64,000 nt of DNA from the human T2T-CHM13v2.0 reference genome, Homo sapiens: the NCBI RefSeq assembly GCF_009914755.1, contig NC_060936.1; one strand, written 5' to 3'. Both the position numbers and the translations under genes were made by a program. Below are positions 43,395-57,246 of the stretch, piece after piece (position 1 is the stretch's first letter; every line of letters starts with the position of its first letter). The notes beneath the pieces are model-generated. The model did no database searches. It worked only from the letters and a program-made list of their open reading frames with translations, and had not been told where the DNA came from.

Positions 43395-43650
43395 ATTTAG
43401 TATTTATGTCTAGTTTTGCTATTTACCAGGTGTGTGACCTTGGTCAAGTTGCTTATCCTTTCTCTGTCTCACCTTCTCTATTTTTGAAATAATATAATAA
43501 TTGCGTCTCACCATCTCTATTTTTAAAATAATATAATAATTGTATTTATCTTATGTATTTTATGAATATTAAAATTAATTAACACAGGTAAAAAGCTCAG
43601 AATTATGCTAGGCATACAGTGAACAGTTGAAAAAAAACAGCCTTAGTTAT
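43395..43650 (+). mobile_element. MIR with an internal 38-bp tandem duplication
   Basis: tgtgtgaccttggtcaagttgcttatc core; duplicate units at 43466-43503 and 43505-43542. Confidence 0.75.
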
Positions 43651-43928
43651 TATTGAGAATATTTCAGCTGATAACCAGAGAACATAAGCCATTTTTATAT
43701 CAAGACAGACAAGGCCATGCTACTATGCTGAAAGAAACAAGACAGTGACAAGGTTCTCCATAACTATAAAAATAACAAGTTCTTTTGAGACAAAAATGGC
43801 CAATTTCTGCTTTTTTTTATTATTTTTTTTACTAGCTATAACTGTAGTCTCTGTTTAGTTCTTCCACCAACTAAATGGTTGGTAAGATATCATATATCCA
43901 TATTCACCCCACTTCTGAAGAGATTTAA

Positions 43929-44250
<322 letters not shown>

Positions 44251-46139
44251 CAGGCCTCCAATTCCTTCATTTCTTCTTTAACCATCCAAGACAATCTCAA
44301 ATCCTATAGCCATTGATGTAAACTTCCTTTTTCTGAAAAATCTGCATTTCCTTAGATTAAGTTCTTTCTGCAGTAAGCTAAAGAAAATGGAATTTGTTTG
44401 ACTACAAGGGTTTTTCCAAAGATTTTGCCTTATGCACATTAATATTATCATAATTACTAATATTATTATTAGCATTATCCAACGAGGTGTATTCTTAACC
44501 TAATGTAATGCTTTGCATCAAAAAGCATTCAAACATATTTATATTCTGAATAAGTGAATAAAGAAATTGGCAATTAGGAAGCATTTGGCTTCAGGTAGCT
44601 CATTGGTTCTTGACAGTAAATCTCACTGGATCTTTAGGGTATCCCAATTAAGAATTCATTCTACATAACTAACAGTTAAAGAATCTGAAAAGAATGAATT
44701 CAGGGACTCATTCAAACTATAAATAAATAATTAAATCAACATTAAGTCATACAAATTAATCCTAGTGGTTTTCTGGCATTGATAAAATTACTTTCCATTT
44801 CTGCTTCTCTGTTTTATTGTCTGTAAAATATGCACATGAATATTCATTTCATAATGTTGTAGAGGAGATTAAAATCAATAATATGCATTAAATATACTGT
44901 AACTGGTAGTGTCCTTGCTGATTAGTAACCTCTCAGTACATGTTAGCAGTCTTCCATTTCTTGCCTCAAAATGACCAAACTGTGGTTACGGAGTCAAGCC
45001 TCAGCTCATTAAGCCATGTTAACATCATACATTAAGTATGTAAGTTGGTAACTGTCTTTAGTGCAAAATAATCTGTAGGATTTCCACAAGCATTTAGAGT
45101 GTTATTTAAAAGTCAGTTCAGTATTTAAATACCAATTCACTGTATTAAAAATAAGTTTGCTTGGGTTTTCCTAAGCTTCCAAATTTTGTCTCCTCCTTTA
45201 AAATTAGATGTTAATTGATAACATGCATGAACCTAATTTTAGAAAATATGCCTTTTGATATAGAAAGTAGTAAAAGAAATTTAGCATATATTGGTAACCT
45301 AAGCAAATATTTTTGTAAAACATCGGCCGTCAAAATGTCTAATTTATAGATTTTGTGAAAGTGATGGTTTGCATATTTTTTGTTTTTTTATGAGTAATAT
45401 AGCATTTTCAATTTGACTAAGGTATATATTTCACATTTTTCAATTAAAAACAACATTTTAAAAAGCTTTTTATTTGAACAAAGGCAACATAGTAAAGTAT
45501 TTTTATTCTTTAGCTTGAAGGCAGGTTATCCTGTTTGCTTAAATTGTTGAATCACTCTTTATAACTATCCAGCATTCAGTCCGTTTCTTCTGTCTAAAAC
45601 AAGCAGTGAATTTTAATTAACTTGGTGCACAGAGTCTTTGGCATTTGTGGAAACTGGGCACACAGCCAGTCCTCAAAACACCACTGATCAATTTGCCTAG
45701 AAAGAAGTAAAAAAAATGGAAGATATTGTCTTGGAAGAGCCTCCGAATTTTATTCTAAAATCAAACAGATAGAAATTAAAAATTAAAATTTGAAAATAAT
45801 TTTAACTCAGGCAAAATGTAATACCTTGTTTAAAAATTATAGGTTTAATAGTTACTTGGAAATTTGGGGATGTGAATAAATTTTATTATTACTTATTTTT
45901 GAATCTCTATAAACCGTATCCTCTGTATTTTAGTGCAATCGTTTTGGAGCAAAGTCAATGAGATTTGGCAATCTTCTTGAACTGACTCTGTGAGGAATTG
46001 TTAAGATGGTAGAGTTATAATTGTGTTTCAAAGAACAGCCTACTATTATATTGTCTAAACAAATACAAATCTCCTGATATCTAAAATATTCAGCTTCATT
46101 TTTATAAAGCAGGATATATACGTTTAAAAAGCCACTTGT

Positions 46140-48525
46140 TATTTTCTGATTTTTTAAATAGGTATGCTAGTGGATGTGAAGTGGTATTTCTGTGTGGATT
46201 TGATATACTTTTCCTAATTATTAGTGATGTAGAGCATCTTTTCATGTTCTTTTGGCTATTTGCTTGTTTCTTTTAAAGAAATGGGTATTTCAGTTTTCAC
46301 GTCTTTTTTTTTTTTTTTTTGAGACAGGGTCTCCCTCTGTCACCGAGGCTAGAGTACAGTTGTGCTATCCTAGCTCACTGTAGCCTCAGCTTGTGGGTTT
46401 CAGCAATCCTCCCACCTCAGCCTCTCAAGTAGCTAGGAATATGGGAGCACACTACCATGCCTGGATAATTTTTTTATTTTAGTGGAGATGGGAGTCTTGC
46501 TATCTTTCCAGGCTGGTCTCAAACTCTTGGCCTCAAGTGATTCTCCCATGTCAGCCTCCTGAAGTGTTGGAATTACAAAAGTGAGTCATCATGTCTAGCC
46601 TTTGCCCATTTTTGAATCAGGTTGGTTGTTTTCATTGTTGAGTTTTGGTAGTTCTCCATATTTCTAGACATTAAGTTCTTATCAGTTATGTGATTTGGAA
46701 ATATTTTTTCTCATTGTGTGGGGTGCCTTCTTACTGTGTATATGGTGCCTTTTGATACTCCTTAAAAAAGATTAAGTCAAATTTGTCAACTCTTTCTTTT
46801 GCTTTCTGTGCCTTTTGGTGTCATGTCTAAAATATCATTGCAAAATCCAATATATTGAAGATTTTGTCCAGTTTTCTTCAAAAAGGTTTATACTTTTATT
46901 TGTTATATTTAGGTATTTGATTCATCTTGAGTTTATTTTTGTATATAGTGTTAGGTAATGGCTCAACTTCATTCTTTGGTGTGTGGACATCCAATTTTCT
47001 CACCACCTTTTGTTGAATAGACAGTTTTTTCAGCATTAAATGGTGTTGGCATCTTTATCAAAATCATTTGACCATATGCAAGAGTTTTTTTTTCTTTGTT
47101 CTTTCTATTTTATTAAATTGTTTTATATGTTTGTTTTTATTCCAGTGCCACCCTGTTTGGATAGCAGAGTTTTGTAGCAAAATTTGTACTCAGGAAGTGT
47201 GACTCCTCCAACTCTGTTTTTGAAGATTGTTTTTTGCCATTCAGGGTTTCTTGAAAATCCACATAAGTTATAGGAATGGTTATTCTATATCTGAAAAGAT
47301 AATATAATTAAGATATTGAAGGGAATTGCATTGAATTTGTAGACTGGGTACTATTGACATCCTAAAAATATTAAGTTTTTTTAAGAGTGTATATAACTTA
47401 ATTTCTTAATATCTTTTTAAATTTCTTTCAGTAATGTTTGTTTCCACTACACAAGTATTTGTATTCAAGCCAGTTAATCTTTGCTTAAGTTAATTCATAA
47501 GTGTTTTATTCTTTTCAGTGCTATTATAAGTGAAATTGCTTTTGTAATTTTCTTTTTAGATTATGCATTGTTACTTAATAGAATGCAACTGATTCTTGTG
47601 TGTTGAGTTAGGTTCCTGCTACTTTTCTAAAATCATTTTTAGTTCTAACAGATTTTTTTCTCAAAGCTTTAGAATTTTCTAAATATGATATGATATCATG
47701 TATGAGTAGAGATACATTTACTTCTTCCTTCCCAATTTTGTTGCCTGTTATTTCTCTTTCTGCCTAATTTCTCTGGCTAGAACTTCCCATACCATGTTAA
47801 AGATAAGTGGCAAAAGGGAGCATCCTTGCCTGGTTTTTGATCTTAGCAAAAATATTTTTAGCTTTTCACGATTGATATAATTTTCACTATAGGTTTTTCA
47901 TACATATAAGGTTTTATTATATTTAAGTATTTTATGTCTGTTTATAGTTAGTTGAGTGTTTATGAAAGGGAGTTGAATATTGTCAAATCCAATTTCTGCA
48001 AAAATTGAGATGATCTTTTTTTTGTATTTTCTGTTAAGGTGACTTGTTACATTGATCAATTTTCATGTGTTCAACCATCGTTTCATTCCAATAACAAATC
48101 TGTATGGTCATCTTATATAATCCTTTTAATATGCTGCTGAATTTAGTTTGCTAGGATTTTGTTGTGGATTTTTCTTCAATATTCACAAGAAACATTGATC
48201 TGTCATATTATTTTCCAGTTGTATCTTTGTGTAGCTTTGGTAAGATAATGGTGGACTCACTGAATAAATTAGTAAGCATTCCCTCACCTTTAAGTATTGG
48301 GAAAAGTTTGAGAAGAATTAGTGTTAGTTTTTCTTTTAATTTTGGCAGAATTCACCAATGAACACATCAGGTTCAGGGCTTTTCTTTCTTGGAATATTTT
48401 GATCACTGATTCAATCTCCTCACTACTTATAGTTCTATTCAGGTTTTCCAACTATTTGTAATTTAGTCTTTTAAGGTTTTGTTTTCCTATGGCTTTTTTT
48501 CATTTCATCTATGTTATCCAAACTG
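46140..48525 (-). mobile_element. Old L1M ORF2 fragment, interrupted by AluJ
   Basis: Antisense L1 ORF2 motifs (ctggctagaacttcccatacc, gggagcatccttgcctgg). Confidence 0.85.
46304..46600 (-). mobile_element. AluJ SINE
   Basis: T-tail + gagacagggtctccctctgtcacc...ggcctcaagtgattctccc. Confidence 0.93.
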
Positions 48526-49464
48526 CAACTATCTAGGTGGGAAGACATATGTCTGATAATTTCTACTCCACCATCTTCCAAGAATCCTCTCTTGCTATAG
48601 ATTTTTTGATAATCAATTTTACTTAAAAAACTAAGAAGTATATTAATTACATAGCATTGACTAGAAATTGAAAACTACACATTTGTTTTTACAAGTCATT
48701 TAATATGTCTTGCTATTTTAAGATTTCCCAAGTTAGAAAATTTCTGTTGTCATACATTTTATTTGTCCTGAATCCAGTGCCAATTTGTATCCCATGGTCA
48801 GAATTGAATGGAATAAATTGAGTTAAATTTGGTCTATTTGTTACTAAAGGCTGTGTGCAGCATGTGGAAAGATAAACTATTAATGTGCTATTGAAGAATT
48901 TTCATATGACAACGTGAGAGATATTATAGTATAAACAAACAGGCATGCAAACATACATACACAGACGTGTATTTGAGGTCCCATCATGATCACCAATTAA
49001 ATATTCAAAGAAAGATTACAAAACTAATCAAAGTTTATTGTTTATTGAGAAGAATGTCAGAATGGGGAAAAATTTCAGAAACGTGACAATAGAGAGGTTA
49101 TTCTGTAGAGACTAAAGTAGACTTCAAGCTTTGGATATCATCAAATATTTACTTTTAGGAAATATTAAAAAGAAATACAATATAGAAAACAAACAAGAAG
49201 GGGAGTTCTGATCCAAAAAGGAGGAGGCTACAGTTTATAAGCTTTTCCCACATATAACCTTCAGCATTTAGTTCAAACACGTTTGATAAATATCCAGATG
49301 TCTAGGGATTAGTTTGAGAAAAAATTGCCTAATCTGTCACATTTAATTTAAATTCACCCACTTTTTAAATAAATAATTTTTAAAATTTAACAGATGTTCA
49401 AACTTAATCAAATTATTTGACTTTACTGTGTGTATTTGTTTAAAAATATGAATTTTACATATAA

Positions 49465-51060
49465 AACAATTTTAAATATTTACAGTATAGAATGTGATGT
49501 TTTGATGTATGTACACAATGTGAGATGATGAAATCAAGCTAACATATCTATCACTTCATCTACTCATCATTTTTGTGGTAAAATTTTTGAGATTTACTCT
49601 CAAAAATTTTGAAATATACAACAAATTATCATTACATATGGTCACCTGCTGTGAAGTAGAACTCAAAAATTTATTCTTGCTATCTAACTGAAAATTGGTA
49701 CCCTTTGACCAACATTTCCCCATCTCCCCAACCCATCTCAGCTTCTGGTAACCACCATTCTACTCTTCACTTCTGTCAGTTTGACATTTTTAAATTTCAC
49801 ATGTAAGTCAGATTGTGTGGTATTTCTGTGGTTGGCTTATTTTACTTAGTATAATGTCCTCTAAGTTTACCTGTTATTTCAAATACCAGATTTTTTAATA
49901 GGTTGAATAGTATTCTATTGTGTATACATACTACCTTTTCTTCAATCATTCGTTGATGGACACTTTGATTGATTCCATGCCTTGCTATTGTGAATAATGC
50001 TGTAATAAACATGGAAGTACAGACACTGTATGACATACATTTCATTTCATTTGGATTTCATTTTATTTGGATATATACCCAGAAGTGGGATTGCTGGATC
50101 ATATAATATTTCCATTTCAAGTTTTTTGGGGGGGATTCTTCATACCTTAACCATAATGGCTATATTGATTTGTAGTCCCAGCAACAGTATACAAGGGTTT
50201 CCTTTTCTCTACGTTGTTTCAACAAGTATCTGGCATCTTTCTAATCATAGCAATTCTAACATGTGTAAGGTGATATCTCATTTTGATTTTAATTTGCACT
50301 TCCCTAATGATTAGTGATGGTAAACATTTTCTTTTAATAAACCTATTTGCCATTTGTATATCTTATTTTGAGAAATATCTGTTTAGGTCCTTTGCCTATT
50401 TTATAACTGGGTTATTCTTTTGTTTTGTTTTGTTTTTGAGTTAAGTTCCTTATATATTAATGTTAACCCTTTATCAGACCTATTTGGCTAGCAAATTCTG
50501 CATTATATTTTTTCCTTTGTTGTGCAGAAGCTTTTAGGTTTGATGCAACCTCATTTGTCTATTTTTGCCATTGCCATCTGTGCCTTCAGGGTTATATCCA
50601 AAAAATTATGCCTAGACCAATGCTTTTACCCTGTGTTTTCTTGTAGTAGTTTTAGAGTTTCAGATCTTGCATTTTAGTCTTTAATCGATTTTGAGTTGAT
50701 GTTTATATTTGCTGTGAAATAAGGATCTAACTTCACTCTTTTGCTTCTGTATCCAGCTTTTTTCTCCACATCCTATCAACACTTATCTTGCATCTTTTTG
50801 ATCATAGCCTTTCTAACATGTCTGAGGTGATATCTAATTGTGATTTTAATTTGGACTTCCCTATATTTATTGATGGATGTGTCCTTTTCCTATTGAGTCT
50901 ACTTGGTACCTTTGCAGAAAATCAATTTCTTATAAATATATGGGTTCATTTCTGGGCTTTCTATCATTTTCCATTGGTCCATGTTTCTGTTTTTAGGCCA
51001 ATACCATGTTGCTTTTATTATAATTGCTTTATAACATATTTTAAAATAAGAAAGTCTTAT
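49465..51060 (-). mobile_element. L1MA (about MA5-8) 3' end and ORF2 part 1
   Basis: aaatcaagctaacatatctatcac...ccctttgaccaacatttcccc 3' UTR followed by antisense ORF2. Confidence 0.88.
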
Positions 51061-51304
51061 GCATGTATGCAAGTGGCAGCCAAAGTTGTATCTGGGGCCC
51101 TTTGAGCCACAACTAGAGCCAGAGCAACTGGAAGGTAGAGAACACTGTCCTGAGGCCATACAAGACATCGGGGCCCTGGGCTTGGCTCATGAAACCACTT
51201 TTCCCTCCTTGGCCTCTGGTGCTGTTAAGGGAGCCATAAATATGTATGTAAGAAATGTATCTCAACACAATAAAGGTCATATATGCAAGCTCACTGCTAA
51301 CATA

Positions 51305-53093
51305 CTCAGATGGAAATGAGAAACTTATTTGGAACTGCAGTAAATGTCACCCATGATATGCCTTAGCAAAGAACTTAGCTGCATTGTGCTCCTGCTCTTG
51401 GGTTCAGCAGAATGTTGAGCTTCAAAGTGATAATTTAGGGTATCTGGCAGAAGAAATTTCCAAGCGGTAAAGCATTCTAGATGCGGCCTGGCTGTTTCTA
51501 ACAGCCTATACTCAGATGCAGAAGCAAAAGAATGACTTAGGCCAAGCGCGGTGGCTCATGCCTGTAATCCCAGCACTTTGGGAGGCTGAAGTAGGTGGAT
51601 CGCTTGAGGTCGGGAGTTTAAGACCAGCCTGGCCAACATGGTGAAACCCCATCTCTACTAAAAAAAAAAAATACAAAAATTAGCCGGGCGTGGTGGTGCA
51701 TGCCTGTAATCCCAGCTACTCAGGAGGCTGAGGCAGGAGAATCACTTGAACCTGGGAGGTGGAGGTTGTGGTGCTGAGATCATGCCATGGTACTCCAGCC
51801 TGAGTGACAGAGCGAGACTCCACCTCAAAACAATAAAAATAAAATAAAATAAAATAAAATAAAATAAAATAAAATAAAATAAAATAACTCAAAGTTAGAA
51901 CATGTATTTAAAAAGAAAACAGAGCTTAAAAGTTTGGAAAATGTATAGCCAAGCCATGTGGCAGAGAAAGAAAATGCTTGTCTTGGGAGAGGAATTCAAG
52001 CAGGCTGTGGAGCAACCACTTGTTAGAGATATTTGCATAACTAAAAGGGAGCAAAGTACTAATATCCAAATCAGCGGGTAAATGATCTTGAAGCCATTCC
52101 AAAGACCTTTGTGGCAGGTGCTCCCATAACAGCCCCAGAGGCCAAGGAGGTAAAAGTGGTTTCATGAGCCAGGCCCAGAGCCCTGATGCCCTGTATGGCC
52201 TCAGGACAGTGCTCTTCACATTCCAGCTGCTCTGACTCAAAGGGCCCCAGACACATCTTGGGCTGCCACTTTGGAGAATGCAAGCCATAATCCTTGCCAG
52301 CTTCCATGTGATGGTAAGCTTGTAGGTGCACAGAATGGATGAGTGAAGAATGCCTTTTAGCCTCTACCTAGATTTCAGAGGATGTATGAAAAAGCCTAGG
52401 TGTCCAGGTAGAAGTCTGTTGCAGGGGTGGAGTTTTTACAGAAAACCCCTCCTAGGGAAGTGAAGAGGGGGAATGTGAAGCCCCACACAGAGTCCAAATT
52501 GAGGCACTTCCCATTGGAGTTATGTGAAGAGGGCCGCCATCCTTCAGCCCCCAGAATGGTAGATTCATTGACAGCTTGCCCCCTCAGAATGGAACAGCTG
52601 CAGGTACTCTACTCAATGCTAACCCATGAGACCACCCACTGGGGCAGCACCCTACAAAGCCACAAAGAGAGAGATGCCCAAGGCCTTTGAAGTACACCCT
52701 TGCACCAGTGTGCCCAGGATGCCCAGTGTGCACCTGGATGCAGGACATATGGAGTCAAAGATTATTTTGGAGGTTTACAATTTAGTGACTGCCCTGGTGG
52801 GTTTTAGACTTGCATAGGGCCCTTTGCCCCTTTCTTTTGGCTGATTTCTCTTTTTTGGAATGGGAATGTTTACTCAATGCCTGTACTCACATTATATTTT
52901 GGAAGTAAATAACTTGTTTTGAATTTCTTAAACTCATAAGAGGAAAAGATTTGCCTTGTCTCAGATGAGACTTTGGGCTTTAAACATTTGAGTTAATCCT
53001 GGAATGAGTTAAGACTTTGGGAAACTATTGGAATGGCATAATTGTATTTTGCAATGTGAGAAGGACAATATTTGACAGGGGCCAGGGGTGAAA
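51305..53093 (+). mobile_element. MST-int (MaLR internal region), 5' LTR lost
   Basis: ctcagatggaaatgag...gggtatctggcagaagaaatttc...tgccttgtctcagatgagacttt...ggggccaggggtgaaa (PPT). Confidence 0.9.
51540..51886 (+). mobile_element. AluS with an (AAAAT)n tail, inserted in MST-int
   Basis: Full dimer; tail expanded into a pentanucleotide repeat. Confidence 0.96.
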
Positions 53094-53488
53094 TGATACA
53101 GTCTGAATATCTGTCCCTGCCTCAATCTCATGTTGAATTATAATTCCCAATGCTGGAAGCATGGTCTGGTTTGGGTCATGGAGGCAGATCCCTCATGACT
53201 TGGCGGATCTTCGTAATAGTGAGTTCTTGCAAGACCTGGTCATTTTAAAGTATGTGGCACCTCCCCCGCTACACTGTCTCTTGTTTTTCTCCTGCTTTCA
53301 CCATTTGATATACCTGCCCCTGCTTAATCTTCCATCACGAGTAAAATCTGAGTCCTCCCCAGAAGGTAGCAGATGCAAGAGCCATGCTTGTACTCCCTGC
53401 AAAACTGTGAGCCAATTAAACCCCTTTTCTTTATATGTTTCCCAGTCTCAGGTATTTCTTTATAGCAAAGCAAGATCAGCCTAACACA
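53094..53488 (+). mobile_element. MSTB-like 3' LTR
   Basis: tgatacagtctgaat...cccagtctcaggtatttctttatagca...cctaacaca. Confidence 0.88.
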
Positions 53489-54185
53489 GATAGTTTGTTC
53501 TTAGTGTACAGAGATGCTACTGATTTTTATATGTTGATTTTTTATCCTAAAACTTTACTAAACTTGTCAGTTCTAACTCTCTCTCTCTCTCTCTCTGTAT
53601 ATGTGTGTGTATGTGTGTAATCTTTAGAGTTTTCTATATACAAAATCATGGAATTAGCAAACGGACACATTTTCATGTCTTCATTTCATACTAGGATTTC
53701 TTTTCTTTCACTCCCTTGTCTAATTCATCTGACTTGGCCTTCCAGTATTATTTTGGAAAGAAGTAGTGAGAGTGTGGGAATCTTTGTCTTTTTCTTGATT
53801 TTAAAGATAAAGCTTTCAACTTTTTTACTGCTGAGTATGTTAGCAGTGAGCTTGCATATATGACTTTTACTGTGTTGAGATACATTTCTTACATACATAT
53901 TTTCGAGAGTTGTCGCCTTAATGAATGTTGACTTTATTTTCAAATGCTTTTTCTGCATCTATTGAGATAATTGTACAATTTTTATTTTTTAACCTGTTAA
54001 TGTGGTATATCATATTTATTGACTTGCAAATGTTGAACAATTCTTGCACCATGGGGATGAGTCCCACTTGATCACGGTGAATCTTTTAATATGTTGTAGA
54101 AATCAGTTTGCTAGTATTTTTGTGGGGATTTTTAAATCTATTTTTATCTTAGATATTGGCTTGTAATTTTATTTTCTGGTAGTTT
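53489..54185 (-). mobile_element. L1MA ORF2 part 2 (continuation after MST), with (TC)n(TG)n at 53577-53618
   Basis: gatgctactgattttt...aatgctttttctgcatctattgag (antisense IDAEKAF). Confidence 0.85.
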
Positions 54186-54189
54186 CATA

Positions 54190-55190
54190 TATGCACAATC
54201 ACAGTCTTGTCTCCTGGCCTGGAGAAGCCTTATTATGCAGGAGACAAAGGTTCAGCAGAAAACCTGACTAAGGACTAGAGCCTGGCAGACCTGTTGGCCA
54301 TGCTTTCCGTAGAGTGATTCTCTTGCCTGCTTTTTTTTTCAGTCAGGCACCTCGGTTGGCTGGAATGCAGAGCCACAGCCAAAGTCCGGGCACGATTAAC
54401 TCCATCTCGCTTCTTGGTTTCTAGCTGGCCCCTGGTGGCCTACACCTGCTGATACTGCCAATATTTCCTTTGAGGTGATGCTATGGTTTGAATGTGTCTC
54501 TCATTTTCACATATTGGAAACTTAATACTCTAATTAATATGTTGATGGTATTTGGAGCTTGGACTCTTGGTAGGCAATTAGGATTAGATAAAGTAATCAG
54601 GGTGGGACCTCTCAATGAGACTTGTGGCTTTGTAGGGTAAGGAAGAGAGATCTGGGCTAACACAGAAGCTCTTGCCTTCTCACCATGTGATGCCCTCTTT
54701 TATGTTATGACACAGCAAGAAGGCCCACGCTGGATGTGGACCCTTAATCTTGAACTTCTCAGCATCCAGAACTGTCAGAAATAAATATCTTTTCTTCATA
54801 AGTTATCTAGTCTGTGGTATTCTGTTATAGTAACAGAAAACAGACTAGGACAAGTTAGACAGAAATGAGCCTCCTGTGAATTGTCCCAGAATGCTAGGGA
54901 TGCTAGATGTCTGCTTTCAGCTCTTTCTTCCATTGTAGAAACTATAAGCCCAGGAGAATCCTCTCTGGTGCTGTGCCAGTTTGTGGGAGGCATGGTCAAG
55001 GTCAAACTAATCCTTAGTCTTCTAATGCAACTTTTCTCAGTTCTGTGGCTTAAAAGGTTGTATCAGCCTCACTCCTGAGTTTGGAATATTCACGAAGATA
55101 TTATTATCTGTGGATAGTTGCTAGTTGGATTTACTTTAGTGGGACCAGAGCCAGGGAACTCCTATTCCGCCACCCTGCTAATGTCACTTT
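54190..55190 (-). mobile_element. Old L1M 5' UTR fragment split by an MST LTR
   Basis: gagccagggaactcctattccgccaccctgct end and flanking L1M 5'-like sequence. Confidence 0.45.
54479..54852 (+). mobile_element. MSTC/MSTD-like MaLR solo LTR
   Basis: tgctatggtttgaatgtgtc...tccagaactgtcagaaataaat...cagactaggaca. Confidence 0.85.
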
Positions 55191-55868
55191 TCTTACTATG
55201 TTTTCCTTTTCTTACTATTAAGCCAGTAATAATTCTTACTACTTCCCTGACTCCCTCTCAACATACACATACATTTGCAAGGTTTCTGTGAAAATTACAA
55301 AGATAAAATGGATTTGAATGTGCTCTGATGAGAGAGTGAGGAGGACCTAAAGGGATTGTAAGTATTTACAGATAAGGTCTCTCATGGAGAAGTGAAAATA
55401 TTTAGGTATGAAACTGTGTAGGTGAACACCATTTTGTCATGGGGATAGTTACTGATCTCCAGCATTATCTCATCTGAAGAGCCTTTTCTGAGGCACTGGT
55501 GCCACTCTTTCCTCTTTACTGAGCTTGCTCATTGTCCTAGATGTGGCATTATTACCATTAGTTTGTGTCTCTTTCTTCTCTACTAGATTTTGTTACAATT
55601 CATGGCTGTAGTATTATTTACTTATCTTTATACAATCCTATAGAATATAGTATCCTCAAAGCTACCTATGACATAGATTAGCTGTCCAACCTAAGCTTGC
55701 TGAAAACTTGCTAATTATAAAAAAAGAATCTAATGTAATCATATCATTAAGGTATCTTTTGCATTGCAAATCCTGATCTGTGATTCATCAAGCAAAACAA
55801 TCTAGTAGCTTAATATTCATTTTTTTTCTTCTTTGCCTTTATTTTCTCTCAATCAAAAGTTGGATAGT

Positions 55869-55973
55869 TTTAACATTATTTAAAGTAAGCTTTTAACTTT
55901 AACTTGAACATTTAACATTATTAAAAGTAAGCTTTTAACTTTAACATTTAACTTTAACATTATATTAAGCTTT
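55869..55973 (+). repeat. About 42-bp tandem duplication built on a TTTAAC motif
   Basis: tttaacattattWaaagtaagcttttaactttaac at 55869 and 55911, then degenerate. Confidence 0.85.
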
Positions 55974-57246
55974 GGAGTAATAGATAATTTTCACTTATCA
56001 TTATTCATTTATTTATTAAACATTTATTTAGCAGCTGTTACGGGACAATCACTGTATTAATTTCTGGGAATACACAGATGACTAGCATAGAGACCTTATC
56101 CTTAAAAACTTATAATCAATTGGAGAAGAGAGAAAGAGAGATATAACTGTTTGTTTCCCCAGCCACCAGAATTGACTACTAAAACCAGGGCCGCACTAAC
56201 AATGGTAAGATACTATCTCTATTTTTCTCTATCCAACAATTATAGAAAGGCCAGTCCCTCATGAAAGTATTTCAGAGAATCCTCAGAAAGTTGTTTTTAT
56301 GTGCTCCTGAGTTCAGTTCTTTAAGCTACACTGAAGTGTGCATTTCACTTCTTATAATCTGTTTTGTATGTTCATATTTGTGGAGGAGCCAGATGCCCGC
56401 ATGCAGTTCACTGTACACACTGATATTTAATATACCTGTGTTCAGTACATACTTCTGTTATAGCTGCTGTGTCTTTGCAACATTGATTAATCTGAATCAG
56501 CCAATGCTGCATTCTGCTGTTATGTTTCTTACAGTGAAATAGTGTCAAAACACATGAAAATTTAAGTACAACAAAAATGAGTCCACATTTTCATTTCTTC
56601 TGTGTAAAAATGAAAGCATTTTAAGTATGTTTCCTTAATTTTTCTGGAGTGTCATCTTATTCATCCATAAAACAGAAATGCCTGTTTTGCAGTGTTTTAT
56701 ACTGAGTAAATTTGTATTACTGTATTTGTATTACTGTGAATACTTAATTATAAATTTCCTAATCTCCAGGATTACGGAGATTGAATTTTCTTTTTAGGTC
56801 AGATACATAAATTGTGTAGTATCTCAATAAATAAGTCTGATAAATCTAAATAATTTTTATTGCCTCACCTCTCACTTTGCCTTATATACCTGCCCCTAAC
56901 TTAATTCCATAACCTATTTATAATTCATTAACATCTTTATAATTCTTATAAGTTTAAGGGCTAAAGATGAAAGTGAATGTATATTGACTGGATTGTGGCA
57001 ACTGGATGATACTAAGCAAGTCTCTTTAGAGGATTAGCATGGAAAAGGTTAATATGCAGTAATATTCATCTTGTGTTAAGTATCATTTACATACATTTCT
57101 TTTTCTGTGGAAAAAAAAAACGTAATTTAGGACATACCTTGACCATCTTAAAAAGGTCAATATTTTCAAAGTGCCCCCAAATTCGAAATGTGACACTACT
57201 ATACCTCCTCTTTGTGACACTAATTCTAACCTTCTTTATTTCTGAA

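Noticed and set aside
51059-51319. Chimeric ORF as a new protein
   Set aside because: By-product of an inverted TE patchwork; no splice or promoter support
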